Below are positions 24,994 to 37,200 of a stretch of DNA of 64,000 nt, in pieces. The DNA is taken from contig NMRA01000897.1 of NCBI GenBank assembly GCA_002633005.1, positions 34,198 through 98,197 of the forward strand. The letters run 5' to 3'. This DNA is from Phoronis australis (taxonomy: Eukaryota > Animalia > Phoronida). The notes beneath the pieces are model-generated. The model made no database searches. It had not been told where the DNA came from and was given only the letters and a program-made list of their open reading frames with translations. The translations under genes were made by a program, and so were the position numbers. Position 1 is the first letter of the stretch. Each line of letters begins with the position of its first letter.

Positions 24994-25899
24994 TTGTGCG
25001 GCAAAGTGTCGTTCTCGACCGCTTTCCGGTCGTTCCCGATCGCAGGTTGGCCGGAGTGTGTTTTATAGTCTTAGAAATTGTCGGAAATTAGCGCCAATAT
25101 TCATTTCTTATCGATGCTATGCTACCCGTTTCATGAATGGATAGTTTCCAACTGTCTTTGATGACAGGTTCATGGATGTAGCGCGCGCTTCCTGGCCACG
25201 TGCGTTTAACATCGAGTTATTTTTATTCATGAGACAGTCGATGTGTACTGAAAGGTCAGACCATAGTGGGACGCGGTCGTCGCGAGAGCGTAGCAACGCC
25301 GTTGGGTTCTTTTTGAAGCGTTGCGTTACTTTGAAGTGTAAAGTCACAAATAAATACAATAGTAGCAGTGCCGCTGGTGGTTTAGAAGACTCGTTTTTTG
25401 ATAAATTGAAGACGTTACTGTAGCCGAGTTTTAGGACTGTAGGTACGTCATTGTTCGCATATGTACACGTTCATGGACTGGGCGCTTATTTCTGCAGTCT
25501 GAAAACGCGTGGGGGGCGCTTATAGGGGCATGGGCGGTTATTACGGCGAATACGGTATGTAGTATGTTGTACTTTGCAAGATGGAAAGGCATCTGAAAAC
25601 AGAGAATTAGCATCACATCATAAACAGATACCTGTATGCCAAATTTTATGAAAATACGTTGAGGACATTTGAACATACAGAGGTAAACGGAAAAAATAAA
25701 ATTACCACTAGGTGGCACACCAGAAGTTAGCTCCGTCGGAACATCATCGTCATGTGTTGCCAACATCATATAAATACACTTACTAAATTTGGTAAAGATC
25801 CTTCGAACGATTTAAAAGATACAACCATAGGCGCAAAAAACTGCCACTAGGAGCATACATGTCAGAATGTCTAGTTGTACCCAACTAATCCCAACTTAT

Positions 25900-27360
25900 C
25901 CTGTCATCACTACTGATGCAAGCCCGTTGCTGACATCATGTTTGTTATCAAACTGCCCCTGCAGGTGGCGCAGCTATTAGTGGGAATAGTTGAATTTGTT
26001 GAAACGCGTGATTGATGTCTCTAACATTGAGCTTGTGGATGACATCATGTAAGTTAGCTCCCTGTCCACAGGTGACGCACTGATTAGTAGGAATCGTTGA
26101 ATTAGTTGAATCCAACTAATCCCAAGTCAGCTCAACCTATCCAGCACTGAGCTATTCAATTAATTCAACTAATTGTAGCGCCAGCTAAAGTATAACTGGC
26201 AATGTGAGACAGAAAAACCCGAGTCACTGACCTGCCTGCAGGTGGCGCAACAATAAGTGGGAATAGTTGAATTAGTTGAAATGCATGTTCTGTGTCAAGT
26301 TGAGAGCCTTTTGCTGACGTCATGATTGTTATCAGTCTGTTCCTGTAGGTGGCGCAGCGATAAGTGGGAATACTTGAATTAAGTTGAAATGCCTGATCTG
26401 AGTCTGTCAAGTTGTGAGCTTGGTGAGCCTTTTGCTAGCGCCATGCGCTTTATCTGTCTGCCTGCAGGTGGCATAGCGATTAGTGGGAATAGTTGAATTA
26501 GTTGGAATGTGGGTTCTGAGTTTCTCAAGCTGTGAGCCTGTTTCTGACATAATGTTTGTTATCAGCCTATCCCTGCAGGTGGCGCAGCGATTAGTGGGAA
26601 TAGTTGAATTAGTTGAAATGTGGGTTCTGCGTTCCTCAAGCTATGAGCCTGTAGCTGACATAATGTTTGTTATCAGCCTATCCCTGCAGGTGGCGCAGCG
26701 ATTAGTGGGAATAGTTGAATAAGTTGAAATGCTTGTTCTGTGTCTCTCACTTTGTGAGCCTGGTGAGCCTTTTGCTGGCGTCATGTACTTTTTCAATCTG
26801 CCTGTAGGTGGCGAAGCGATTAGTGGGAATAGTTGAATTAGTTGAAATGTGTGTTCTGTGTCTCTCAAGTTGTGGGCCTGTTGCTGACGCCATGTTTGGT
26901 ATCAGGTCTGCCTGCAGGTAACGTAGCGATTAGTGGGAACAGTTGAATTAGTTGAAATGCGTGCTTGGAGTTGCTAAAATTGTGAGCCTGTTGATGATGT
27001 CATGTAAGGCGTTCTCTACCTGCCCACAGGTGGCGCAGCGATTAGTGGGAATAGTTGAAATGCGTGTTCTATGTCTGTCAAGTTGTGAGCCTTATGATTA
27101 TGTGATAAACTTTATCTACCTGCTCTACTTGATCTACCTAACTTTATCTACTCGTTATTTAGTGGGTCAACCCCGTAGGTGGCGTTACATGTCTGCCTTC
27201 AGGTGGCGTAGTGATTAATGGGAATAGTTGAATTAGTTGAAATTCGTGTTTGGAGTCTCTAAAATTGTGATTCTGATGGTGACGTTATGTAAGTTATCTA
27301 CCTGCCCACAGGTAGCGCAGCCATTAGTAGAAGTATTTGAATTAGTTAAAATGCGTTTTC
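25900..27360. repeat. Satellite-like array, ~110-bp unit (CCTGCAGGTGGCGCAGCGATTAGTGGGAATAGTTGAATTAGTTGAAATG...)
   Basis: About a dozen diverged tandem units; a further unit near 28100-28200. Confidence 0.9.
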
Positions 27361-28269
27361 TACTTGATCTACCTGTTTCGTTGAGAGTTTGTATTATTTT
27401 AAGTTTGCCAGTTCTGCCCTCTGTTGTTTATTTTATGTTTCAGCTTGGCTACGCCACATTTATTGTTTTAGTATAACCTATGTCTTAGCCAGGACGAAAT
27501 TTACAGCTACCCTGAGCTTTTCTCACTTGATTCTTGTAGAGGATGGATGTGTTTCAGTTACCTGCCAGTTTTTTAGTTGAAATATATGTCACAGCGTTCA
27601 AGAAAGTAAGTTTTTTTTGTTGGCTTATTAGTTGTATTGCAGTGTAGGTAATATTGTAATTTCTGACTTTTCTTATATTTAAAATAGGGGTAATTCTTTG
27701 GAAGTGAAGGTTCTCGTTTCAGAAACACGTGTTTTCAGAGGTGTAGTTTAGATTTCTTTCGACAGTTGGCGCTCTTAGCAGTACGTTTATTTCCGTTCAC
27801 CGTGTGGCGCTGTGATTTGTTTATTTACATCCGGTTTTTGATTAGCGGGTTTGTGGCTTTGATATATGAGTTTGAATTGTACTTAGGGTTTTCATGACAG
27901 GTTTTGGATATTACTTACTTACTTACGTTGGTTTATTTGCTGTGACATGCAGAGATTATTATTTCTTGTATTTATGGTGATTTTTGGTTTGTTTTCAGAT
28001 TGAACTTCTTCTTCTAGACTTATACTGATGTCTGATGTAAAAATAAAGTTCCAATTTAAACGCTGCTGCTGTTTATTCACCCTGTGCGTGAGCCACTACC
28101 TAACCGTGTTTCTCAAGTCGTGAGTCGGTTGCTGACGTCATATAAATTATGTACCAGCCCCCAGATGGCGCGGTTATTAGTACGTATAGTTGAATTAGTT
28201 GAAATCGGTTTAGTAGACCTACAGCTTCATATTAATCGATTAGTAGGTCCCTACCAAAGATTCTGACAT

Positions 28270-28983
28270 GACTCACTAGGAGACGCCACAGAAGTCAAAA
28301 TCGGCGAAAATCATCATCAGCCGTCCACTTCATAGTAAGAACATACGTGCCAACTTTCGCAATCATCTCTTGATAAACGAGTGGACACCAAAACAGAATT
28401 GAAAACAGTAAAAATTGCCACTAGGTGGTGCAAACTACGTCAAATTCATCTGAAAACGGAGAGATAGCGTCATCTCATTAACAGATGCCTTTAAGCTAAA
28501 TTTTATGAAAATACGTTGAGGACCTTTGAATATAAAGAGGTAAACGTAAAAAAAAAATTGCCACTAGGTGACACACCAGTTGTCAGATCTGTCTGAAAGT
28601 CGTCGTCCTCTGTTGTTAACATTATATAAAGGCCCTTACTAAATTTAGTAAAGATCATGCACACGGTTTAGAAGATACCGCCACAGGCGCAAAAAAATGC
28701 CACAGTAGTCGAAGTCGTCGGAAAATCATCGTCAGCAGTCGAATTTATAGTAAGAACATACATGCCAATTTTCACAATCGTCCATTGAGCGGTTTGGTTG
28801 ATAGAGGGGTGGGCAAAAAAAAAGAGTCGAAAACAGTAAAAATGGCCACCAGGTGGCGCAAACTACGTCGAATCCATCCGAAAACGGGAGTATGGCTTCA
28901 TCTTACTAATAGGTGCCTATATACCAAAGTTTCGGAAAATCCCTTCAAGACTTAGGGACGTCAAAAACAGATTCGAAAACAGT
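28270..28983 (-). repeat. HINE internal ~145-bp core repeats
   Basis: Units with GCCACTAGGTGG, similar to 25560-25860 and 32150-33050. Confidence 0.75.
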
Positions 28984-30800
28984 AACAAGAGCAACGCAGA
29001 GCGTTGAAATGCGCCCACAATTGCACCGCATACGGTATCCTTCTAGGGTTGTTTATTGGTACCATAAAGTGGCCAGTAGAGGGCATATATGTAGTATGTT
29101 GTACTTTGCAAAATGGAAAGGCATGGTCATTGTCTCCTCAATAGGCTAGGGGCAAAATGTGAGTAATCTTCATAATACAAGCACATCCTATACACCAGTT
29201 GCTTAAAGCACCACAGAAANNNNNNNNNNNNNNNNNNNNNNNNNNNNNNNNNNNNNNNNNNNNNNNNNNNNNNNNNNNNNNNNNNNNNNNNNNNNNNNNN
29301 NNNNNNNNNNNNNNNNNNNNNNNNNNNNNNNNNNNNNNNNNNNNNNNNNNNNNNNNNNNNNNNNNNNNNNNNNNNNNNNNNNNNNNNNNNNNNNNNNNNN
29401 NNNNNNNNNNNNNNNNNNNNNNNNNNNNNNNNNNNNNNNNNNNNNNNNNNNNNNNNNNNNNNNNNNNNNNNNNNNNNNNNNNNNNNNNNNNNNNNNNNNN
29501 NNNNNNNNNNNNNNNNNNNNNNNNNNNNNNNNNNNNNNNNNNNNNNNNNNNNNNNNNNNNNNNNNNNNNNNNNNNNNNNNNNNNNNNNNNNNNNNNNNNN
29601 NNNNNNNNNNNNNNNNNNNNNNNNNNNNNNNNNNNNNNNNNNNNNNNNNNNNNNNNNNNNNNNNNNNNNNNNNNNNNNNNNNNNNNNNNNNNNNNNNNNN
29701 NNNNNNNNNNNNNNNNNNNNNNNNNNNNNNNNNNNNNNNNNNNNNNNNNNNNNNNNNNNNNNNNNNNNNNNNNNNNNNNNNNNNNNNNNNNNNNNNNNNN
29801 NNNNNNNNNNNNNNNNNNNNNNNNNNNNNNNNNNNNNNNNNNNNNNNNNNNNNNNNNNNNNNNNNNNNNNNNNNNNNNNNNNNNNNNNNNNNNNNNNNNN
29901 NNNNNNNNNNNNNNNNNNNNNNNNNNNNNNNNNNNNNNNNNNNNNNNNNNNNNNNNNNNNNNNNNNNNNNNNNNNNNNNNNNNNNNNNNNNNNNNNNNNN
30001 NNNNNNNNNNNNNNNNNNNNNNNNNNNNNNNNNNNNNNNNNNNNNNNNNNNNNNNNNNNNNNNNNNNNNNNNNNNNNNNNNNNNNNNNNNNNNNNNNNNN
30101 NNNNNNNNNNNNNNNNNNNNNNNNNNNNNNNNNNNNNNNNNNNNNNNNNNNNNNNNNNNNNNNNNNNNNNNNNNNNNNNNNNNCAGGACTTTTGAAGATA
30201 CAAAGGTAAGCGTAAAAAACTAAAATTGCCACTAGGGGGCACACCGGTAGTCGGATCCGTCCGAAAGTTCGCACATGCCGTCCCATTCATGAATGGAACA
30301 TATGTGCCAAATTTCATGAACGTATGTCAAAGGGTTTTGGAGATAGAGCAGCGGACGCCGGACGCCAGACGCCGGACGCCGGACGGACGCCGCCCGTACG
30401 GACGGACGGACGGAGATGACGGCATAATGCGTCCACATATAAATATGTGGGCGCATAAAAATGGCCACTAGGTGGTGCAAACTAGGTAGAATCCATCTGA
30501 AAACGGACAGCGTCATCTCATTAACAGATGCCTGTATGCTAAATTTTATGAAAATACGTTGAGGACCTTTGAATATACAGAGGTAAACGTAAAAAACTAA
30601 AATTGCCACTAGGGGGCACACCGGTAGTCGGATCCGTCCGAAAGTTCGCTCATGCCGTCCCATCCACGGAAGAAACACATGTGCAAAATTTCATGACCAT
30701 ACATGTAGGTCAAGGCGTTTTGGAGATAGAGCAGCGGACGCCGGACGGACGAAGATGACGGTATAATACGTCCACATGTAAATATGTGGGCGCATAAAAA
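28984..30800 (-). mobile_element. Helentron-associated non-autonomous element (HINE/DINE-1-like) spanning the gap, with a duplicated 5' end
   Basis: On the - strand: T-tract, subTIR ATGCGCCCAC with inverted partner, (CCGT)n microsatellite (~30400-30412), core repeats, 3' subTIR plus hairpin CAACGC..GCGTTG and TTGTT end. Confidence 0.75.
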
Positions 30801-31200
30801 TGACCAAATATGGCAATTATTTTTGTGCAAAATAAGTGGAGAGTTATCATACACAACCTCAAACACTAGCTACGCATTTGCACAGGTGCATCACAGAGAG
30901 TTTACTAGCTACACTCTTCGCGCAAATGCTGTCACTAGAATGAGCAATAGAAAATTGACACCAATTTCATGCATTGCAAGAATTCGAGCACACAGTTACT
31001 ACCTTAAGTGGAGTACAAGAAATAGTCATGTTTCGATATGGCCACGAAATTATGAGTTATACCTCGTTGCCGCATGGCAATGGAGAAGTCGGTGGACAGC
31101 AGTCTGCAGTACTGTCTCATATGGGGATTTGGGGATTTAATGTAGAGGGGTTTCCCAGTGTTGTTTAAAGATTCTTTGTGACCATCATGCTACCAAATTG

Positions 31201-34200
31201 TCACTGTCGTTTGATGGGATATTCAAACGATTCACTCAAAAACTGCAACATCTCAAAATGTTCAAATAAGAGAATTTGCATTTCTGACTCAGTCAACTCC
31301 AGAATTAGAAATTGAGACAAGCAAATGATGTTTTCGTCCTTTCACAGTACTAAAGGGTTATGTTCCAATTAGAACAAATGTAAAAATTTATTCATGATGA
31401 TCTTTTCTGTGCCTTACTTTCTTGAAGGTAATACCACTTTGATGATCATAAGTCAACATTCAATCATACCACAAAACAAGCATAACAAAAACAGACATAT
31501 GTGTAGTCTAACACAATCAGAAATAAATAGACTGGGGAGACAGCATTTGCATCAAATTTGGTTTAAACACAATAAATCTTTCAAATGGACATTCTTAGCG
31601 CGAACAGTCATTTTACAGAAATTAACACTAGAAGAGTGGAATAGAACCCACTACCTCCATAGTAGCAACTGAATGCTCTGGGGCTGAGCCTAGTCCCACC
31701 TGTTTTAAATAGCAATGAAAGTAGTTTTTAAACTTAAAAGTGTATTTAAATTGTAAGGACACAGGCCTTGATTTCAGGGAATGTCTGGCACACAACGATG
31801 AGAACTGGCAATTTGTGATAAAATCACAAAAACAGATTTTATTGTTGCTCCAGTCAAAGTTTATAAATTCAAAAAGTCTATCTCATCCAACAACAATTCC
31901 CAATGCTTTTATTTTCAGCTGGAAAATAGATAATATCCCTTTAACAAGAGCAACGCAGAGCGTTGAAATGCGCCCACGCATGCATCGCAAATGGTGCGCT
32001 TTTAAGGTAATTTATTTGTATCATAAAAATGGCCACTATATGGCGCAAAAACGTACAATCCATCCAACAACGGGGAAAATGCCATATTTCATAAAAATCT
32101 GTCAAGGAACTTCAGAGTAACAAAGGAAAACAGAACAAAGTGAAATTGCCACTTCTGGGCACAGCGTCCATTCCATCCGCCAAAATTCCCACTAGGGGGC
32201 ACACCAGTAGTCAGATCCGTACGAAAGTTGTCGTCGTCCATTGTCAACATCATGTAAATACACTTGCTAAATTAAGTAAAGATCCTACAGTTTAATAGAT
32301 ACAGCCATGAGCATAAGAACAAAACTGCCACTAGGAGGTGCCACAGTAGTTGAACTCGTCGGAAAATCGTCATCAGCCGTCCACTTCATAGTGAAAACAT
32401 ACATGCAAATTTTCACAATTATCCCGAAAGCGGTTTGGTTGATAAAGTGGACGCGAAAAAACAGATTCGAAAACAGTAAAAATGGCCCCTAGGTGGCACA
32501 AACTAGGTCGAATCCATCTGAAAACGAAGAGATAGCTTTAACTCATTAACAGATGCCTGTATGCCAAATTTTATGAAAATACGTTGAGAACCTTTGAACA
32601 TACAGAGGTAAACGTAAAAAAAATCAAATTGCCACAAGGTGGCACACCAGTAGTCAGATCCATCTGAAAGTCGTGGTCCACCGTTGTTAAGATCATACAA
32701 ATACACTTACTAAATTAAGTAAAGATCCTGCGAACGGTTTAGGGGATACAGCTGTCCACGCAAAAAAAAAAACAAAACTACCACTAGGAGGCGCCACAGA
32801 AATAAAGTCGTCGCAAAATCATCGTTAGCCGTCCACTTCATAGTAGGAACATACACGCCAATTTTCACAATCATCCTTTGAGCGGTGTGGTTGAGAGGGG
32901 TGGTCGCAAAAACGGACTCAAAAACAGTACAAATGGCCACTAGGTGGCGCAAACTACGTCAAATCCATCTGAAAACAAGTGGATAGCGTCATCTCACTAA
33001 TATGTGCCTATATACCAAATTTTATGAAAATCCGTTCAGGACTTTTGAACTAGGAGGCATACCGGTAATCGGATCCGTCCGAAAGTTCGCTCATGCCATC
33101 CCATTCACGGAAGGAACACAATTTCATGAACACATCGATGTCAAGGTGTTTTGAAGATAGAGCCGCGGACGCCGGACGGAGATGACGGCATAACGCGTCC
33201 ACATATAAATATGTGGGCCCATAAAAACAATTCATATGCTTGCACAGTACTGCCTATTTGTACATTACCCTTTCCGCACTACAGACACTGAGCGAAGACA
33301 GATGGTGCGGCCATATTGTCTCTCGGTCGATTCCAGTATAAGTATCATGGAACCCTGGCATATACTTGTTTGGAGAAACAATGTACTCTGCCACAGCTCT
33401 CTGTCAAGGAAGATAGGACATAACAGTTAGACTACAAATTAAAGTTTTGACTCTTGGAAATATCTTTAAACGTCACAATATTTGCACCCAACTCTAAGGT
33501 ACCCACCTTCCTACAAGCAGAGGGTTTAGTGCAAGTTTCTGGCCATGACCTTCTTGGCTCTTTTGGCTGGGTTGTATCAAGAACTACATTGTGGACCATG
33601 GCAACGGGTACAGATGAGGCAGGATAGCGCAACGATGCTTCATCATTATGAGCCAGTAATTTCTGCGCATTCATCATCTCACGAATCCCGACCATTCTGT
33701 TCTGACATTCACTACTATTTTGCCTGCCGGTCGGCAATATCTGACCCCTTGCTGCACCTAACACATGATGCAGTTGTAAAGTTGGTGCTGGTCTGTCAGA
33801 CGATACAATAGCAGACGTAGTTGTGGCAGAGGCATCTTGACTCTGGTGCTGGCTTGCAAGTGAAGGGGAAGTCTGGGTCTGTGAATCACTGGAAGGCATG
33901 CTAAGGTGTTTGGTCATAGAGTGGCAAGATATTGCCAGCTCTCTTTCCTCTACAAAGAAATTGAGTCAAAATATACACCTCAAAAATTGGATGGTGAAAG
34001 GAAATTTTGTCAACTTGGGCGACAGGCTCAAATAGATGAAAACTATGGGTGGCAGATTTTATAGGAACAGCCATGAATTTAAGAACTAACTTGAAGTTGT
34101 GCAAGCCCATTAGGCAACTTACAGTATGCAAAAATCATGAGATCAATTATGTTACACCCAGAAATTTTACTATTATTAGATCACAAAATAGTGTTCACAA

Positions 34201-37200
34201 AGCCAGCTAGCCTGCAGAGCTCCGTTGACAATTACAATAAATCAAGGTTCAACTTGCCTTCAGTTTCACGTGATCGTGACCCTACACTCCGCCTGACAGT
34301 TGCAGAATTAACTGAACCAGACATAATGGGAGCAGGCGTCTCATTTGTGCTGGAAATAAAACAAGACATCCAATCATTCCAAGAGAGCTTGGGACCACAG
34401 ACTTTCCTCATTTGAAATCAGTGCAATGGAAATAATCATCTTTGCAAAGAACAATGTTCCTACATTTTGTTTCTTACCAAAAATGTACTTAGTATATGGT
34501 ATTGACACAATTTCGAATGATTCTGAACTAACTGTACAGTATTTTATTATCATCCATCATTGTATTACGTTATAATACCAAGCAAAAACACTGCTCCATT
34601 TGCCCTAATCACTAAATGCATGCAACAGGAGAGAGGAGACAGTGTGGCTCGGTGGTTTGAGTTCTGCACTCCTGTTTGACAGACCCAGGTTCGAATCCTG
34701 GCTTTAATGGCAAACAATCGAGGAGTGTACAAAAGTGTCTACTACTACTCTGAGCTCGATTTTACTGGTGAATGTAACTAAGTGAATGAATGAGAACCTG
34801 AATATAATGCAAAAGTGATTTCTGGGGCTGTGCTAAAAAAAAATTTAAGGGGACATACAGTACACAACAAAAGCACAGTACAGCCACTGAATTATTAGAC
34901 TTCGTCCAGTCTGCCTCACGCCTGGCCAGACCGGAGCGTAACCGGAACGCAGGGGTGAGAGAAATCTGTCACGGCCTCCTCACGCCTACTCTCCAGGTAG
35001 CTCTAACGCTTACCTCCGGTTTGGTTAACGCCTTCCTCACGCTTTTCTCACGCTTCCCTCACGCCTTCGGTACCTGCGGTAGCATACAGTACCGTGATGG
35101 TGCGCCGGGCTAATTAAAATATCATCTAGATCTGCGTGTCAGGTGGCGTTGTTTGTGTAGCTTTTGAGTAATCCGTTGTTTTTGGCATCTTACTCTACTG
35201 AGTTCCGTCAAACACCGCATTTTCTCATACGAACGAACTCCTTTAACTCGTCTGCGTTACATTTATAGTGTCCAAGTTATTACTTGAGGTTTTGGCGAAA
35301 AAACTTAAGTTTTTCTGAAGAACTTAAGTTTTTAAAACCTAAGTTTTTCGCCAAAAACTTAAGTTGTTCAGCACAATGTTAAGTTTTTCAAAAACTTCAT
35401 TTTTTTCGGGTGTAAAACTTAAGTTTACACAAATAAACTTAATTTTCAAGTAATAACTTAACTTTTCGTGAAAACTTAAGTTTTTTGTACTAACAAAACT
35501 TAACTTTTTCTGGTCTATTTTCATTCAAAGTTTTTATACGAAGGCCAACACACGTCGGGTACCAATTCAGTGAAAGCTGCAAACTAGAATTTAGACTTCG
35601 AAAGCCGAAGTTCACTCAATTACCCGGTTTCAGTACACATTGTATATCCTGCTGAGGTTATAAAAACATTACCCTCATAGCACTACTACAGAGTAAAGCG
35701 AGCTCTCAAGTGCAGCCAGGAATCAGCACTAAAATCAATCTACATAAAATACATGTACTATGATCGGCACTATTGCCTTTGATCTACCAGGTTGAACATA
35801 AATGAGAATTAATACACAGTTTAGTTTATATTTAATGTAACAAGAACTAAAATGTCAAATAATAAATCCACTAATCTACAATGTTTCGTGCAATTCATTA
35901 CATATCCGTGATACATTTCTGCTAATTTTGTTGATTTGATAGCATTAATTGTAGTATTACTCACTTGCCGCTTGTTAATGAGTTCCAGTTGAGTAAGTGG
36001 ACCAGTCTGTGCACCCAAGCCTGTTTTAATGAACTGTATCGTCATATAATATGGATGCCCGGAGACAGCTGACCAGTACCATATATATAGGCCTATTATA
36101 TTGCAAACGCAGTTGGCAATTTTTTACCGATGTTGTCAAAGTTCTTACAGTTGTTTCCTATTCCAGCACTGAGAAATGTTTCTTGAAATACAATAGAGTA
36201 TATTGTTCCAGTCGCGCTAAACGAGTTGAAATGGCAATAATGAATGTCCCGACTGTAGAGAAGGCAGGAAAACTGACGCCTGGCTCACGGTGAGCTCGCG
36301 CTTCGTTCACGCTTAGGCTCACGCCAGCTTTCACGGTTGATTCACGCCTCACTCTCCGGTCAGTCTCCGGTTACGCTCACGCTTAGCCAGACCGGAGGCA
36401 GACCGGACGAAGCCTAATAATTCAGTGGCTGTACTGTACTCAGACAAAATGACCTGTAATGGTTGTCATGACAGCTGGGCAGAAGCCGAATTCATTGTCA
36501 CATTTTGATTTCAAATTCATGTTCAAATGATACATTTCGAATATGTGTGCACGCTAAAGTTGTCCTAGATATACAAAGGGACTCCATTCCTTCATAACTC
36601 ATCCTAGTTCAATCCGTAGTACACCACATTGAATCCTGCAGGTAGACAAATGACATAGAGAACAAACCGCAACTAAAAACAATCATCCACATTTTAAATA
36701 AAATGGAACCCAGAACTGGCTTATGGAAGTACCTGTTACATTTTGGAGCAACAAAATCCATTGGATAATAGAAGAACTTGTACCTTCTTGCTGGCCACAG
36801 AAAGATTCTACAGTACATTATCTATCAACTCAAATCTTCTGTTTTATTATCAACATTCTTAACACTAACACAGCACATAGTAACATCCTACAGACATGTA
36901 CACGTTATATGGTGCTCAACACAAAATGACAAGCACTGTAAATTTTAACTACGCCTTACCTTAGTTTTAACAACCTGTACAAATCTTCCTTTACCTCTGC
37001 ATAGTAATCTGAAAATTTCATTAAATGTGAAGATTCATAATGGCCAGGTTTCCTCACAAAACCAAAACTCAATCTATAATGAGCCCATCAATCAGTTTAT
37101 ACACAGAAGGGGTGAAGATTAGTGCCATTGTCAAGACATTTCCTGATTGCATTTTGCTAGGCACAGAGGGGATGCTTACAAGACCCCACATTCAAAACTT

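Larger units (their letters stand above)
15852..25058. mobile_element. 9.2 kb DNA transposon with CAC...GTG TIRs and 5-bp TSD; superfamily unassigned
   Basis: Left TIR CACCCCGGCCAACCCGCGATCGAGAACGA (15852-15880). Right TIR reverse complement CACTCCGGCCAACCTGCGATCGGGAACGA (25030-25058); 26/29 match. TGTTT at 15847-15851 and 25059-25063. The paralogous host copy near 50390 lacks the insertion. Confidence 0.9.
15007..25555. mobile_element. Non-autonomous TA-flanked element (pogo/Tc2-like CCGTATT TIR), copy A; left end in the gap; host of the 9.2 kb element
   Basis: Right TIR GGGCGGTTATTACGGCGAATACGG|TA. Segments 15296-15846 and 25064-25555 align with 42287-42376 plus 49925-50928 of copy B. Confidence 0.8.

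Noticed and set aside
15852-25058. Calling the element a ProtoRAG/Transib outright
   Set aside because: Ends and TSD length fit, but I see no RAG1-core motifs or RAG2 kelch/PHD gene, and the protein motifs look P-like.
25900-27360. Regularly spaced conserved repeat resembling a CRISPR array
   Set aside because: Intervening sequences are homologous to each other (tandem satellite), the context is eukaryotic, and there are no cas genes.
34636-34705. Possible tRNA gene
   Set aside because: A and B boxes are present but there is no convincing acceptor stem, and related degenerate copies occur at 12078 and 12745; better explained as a SINE head.
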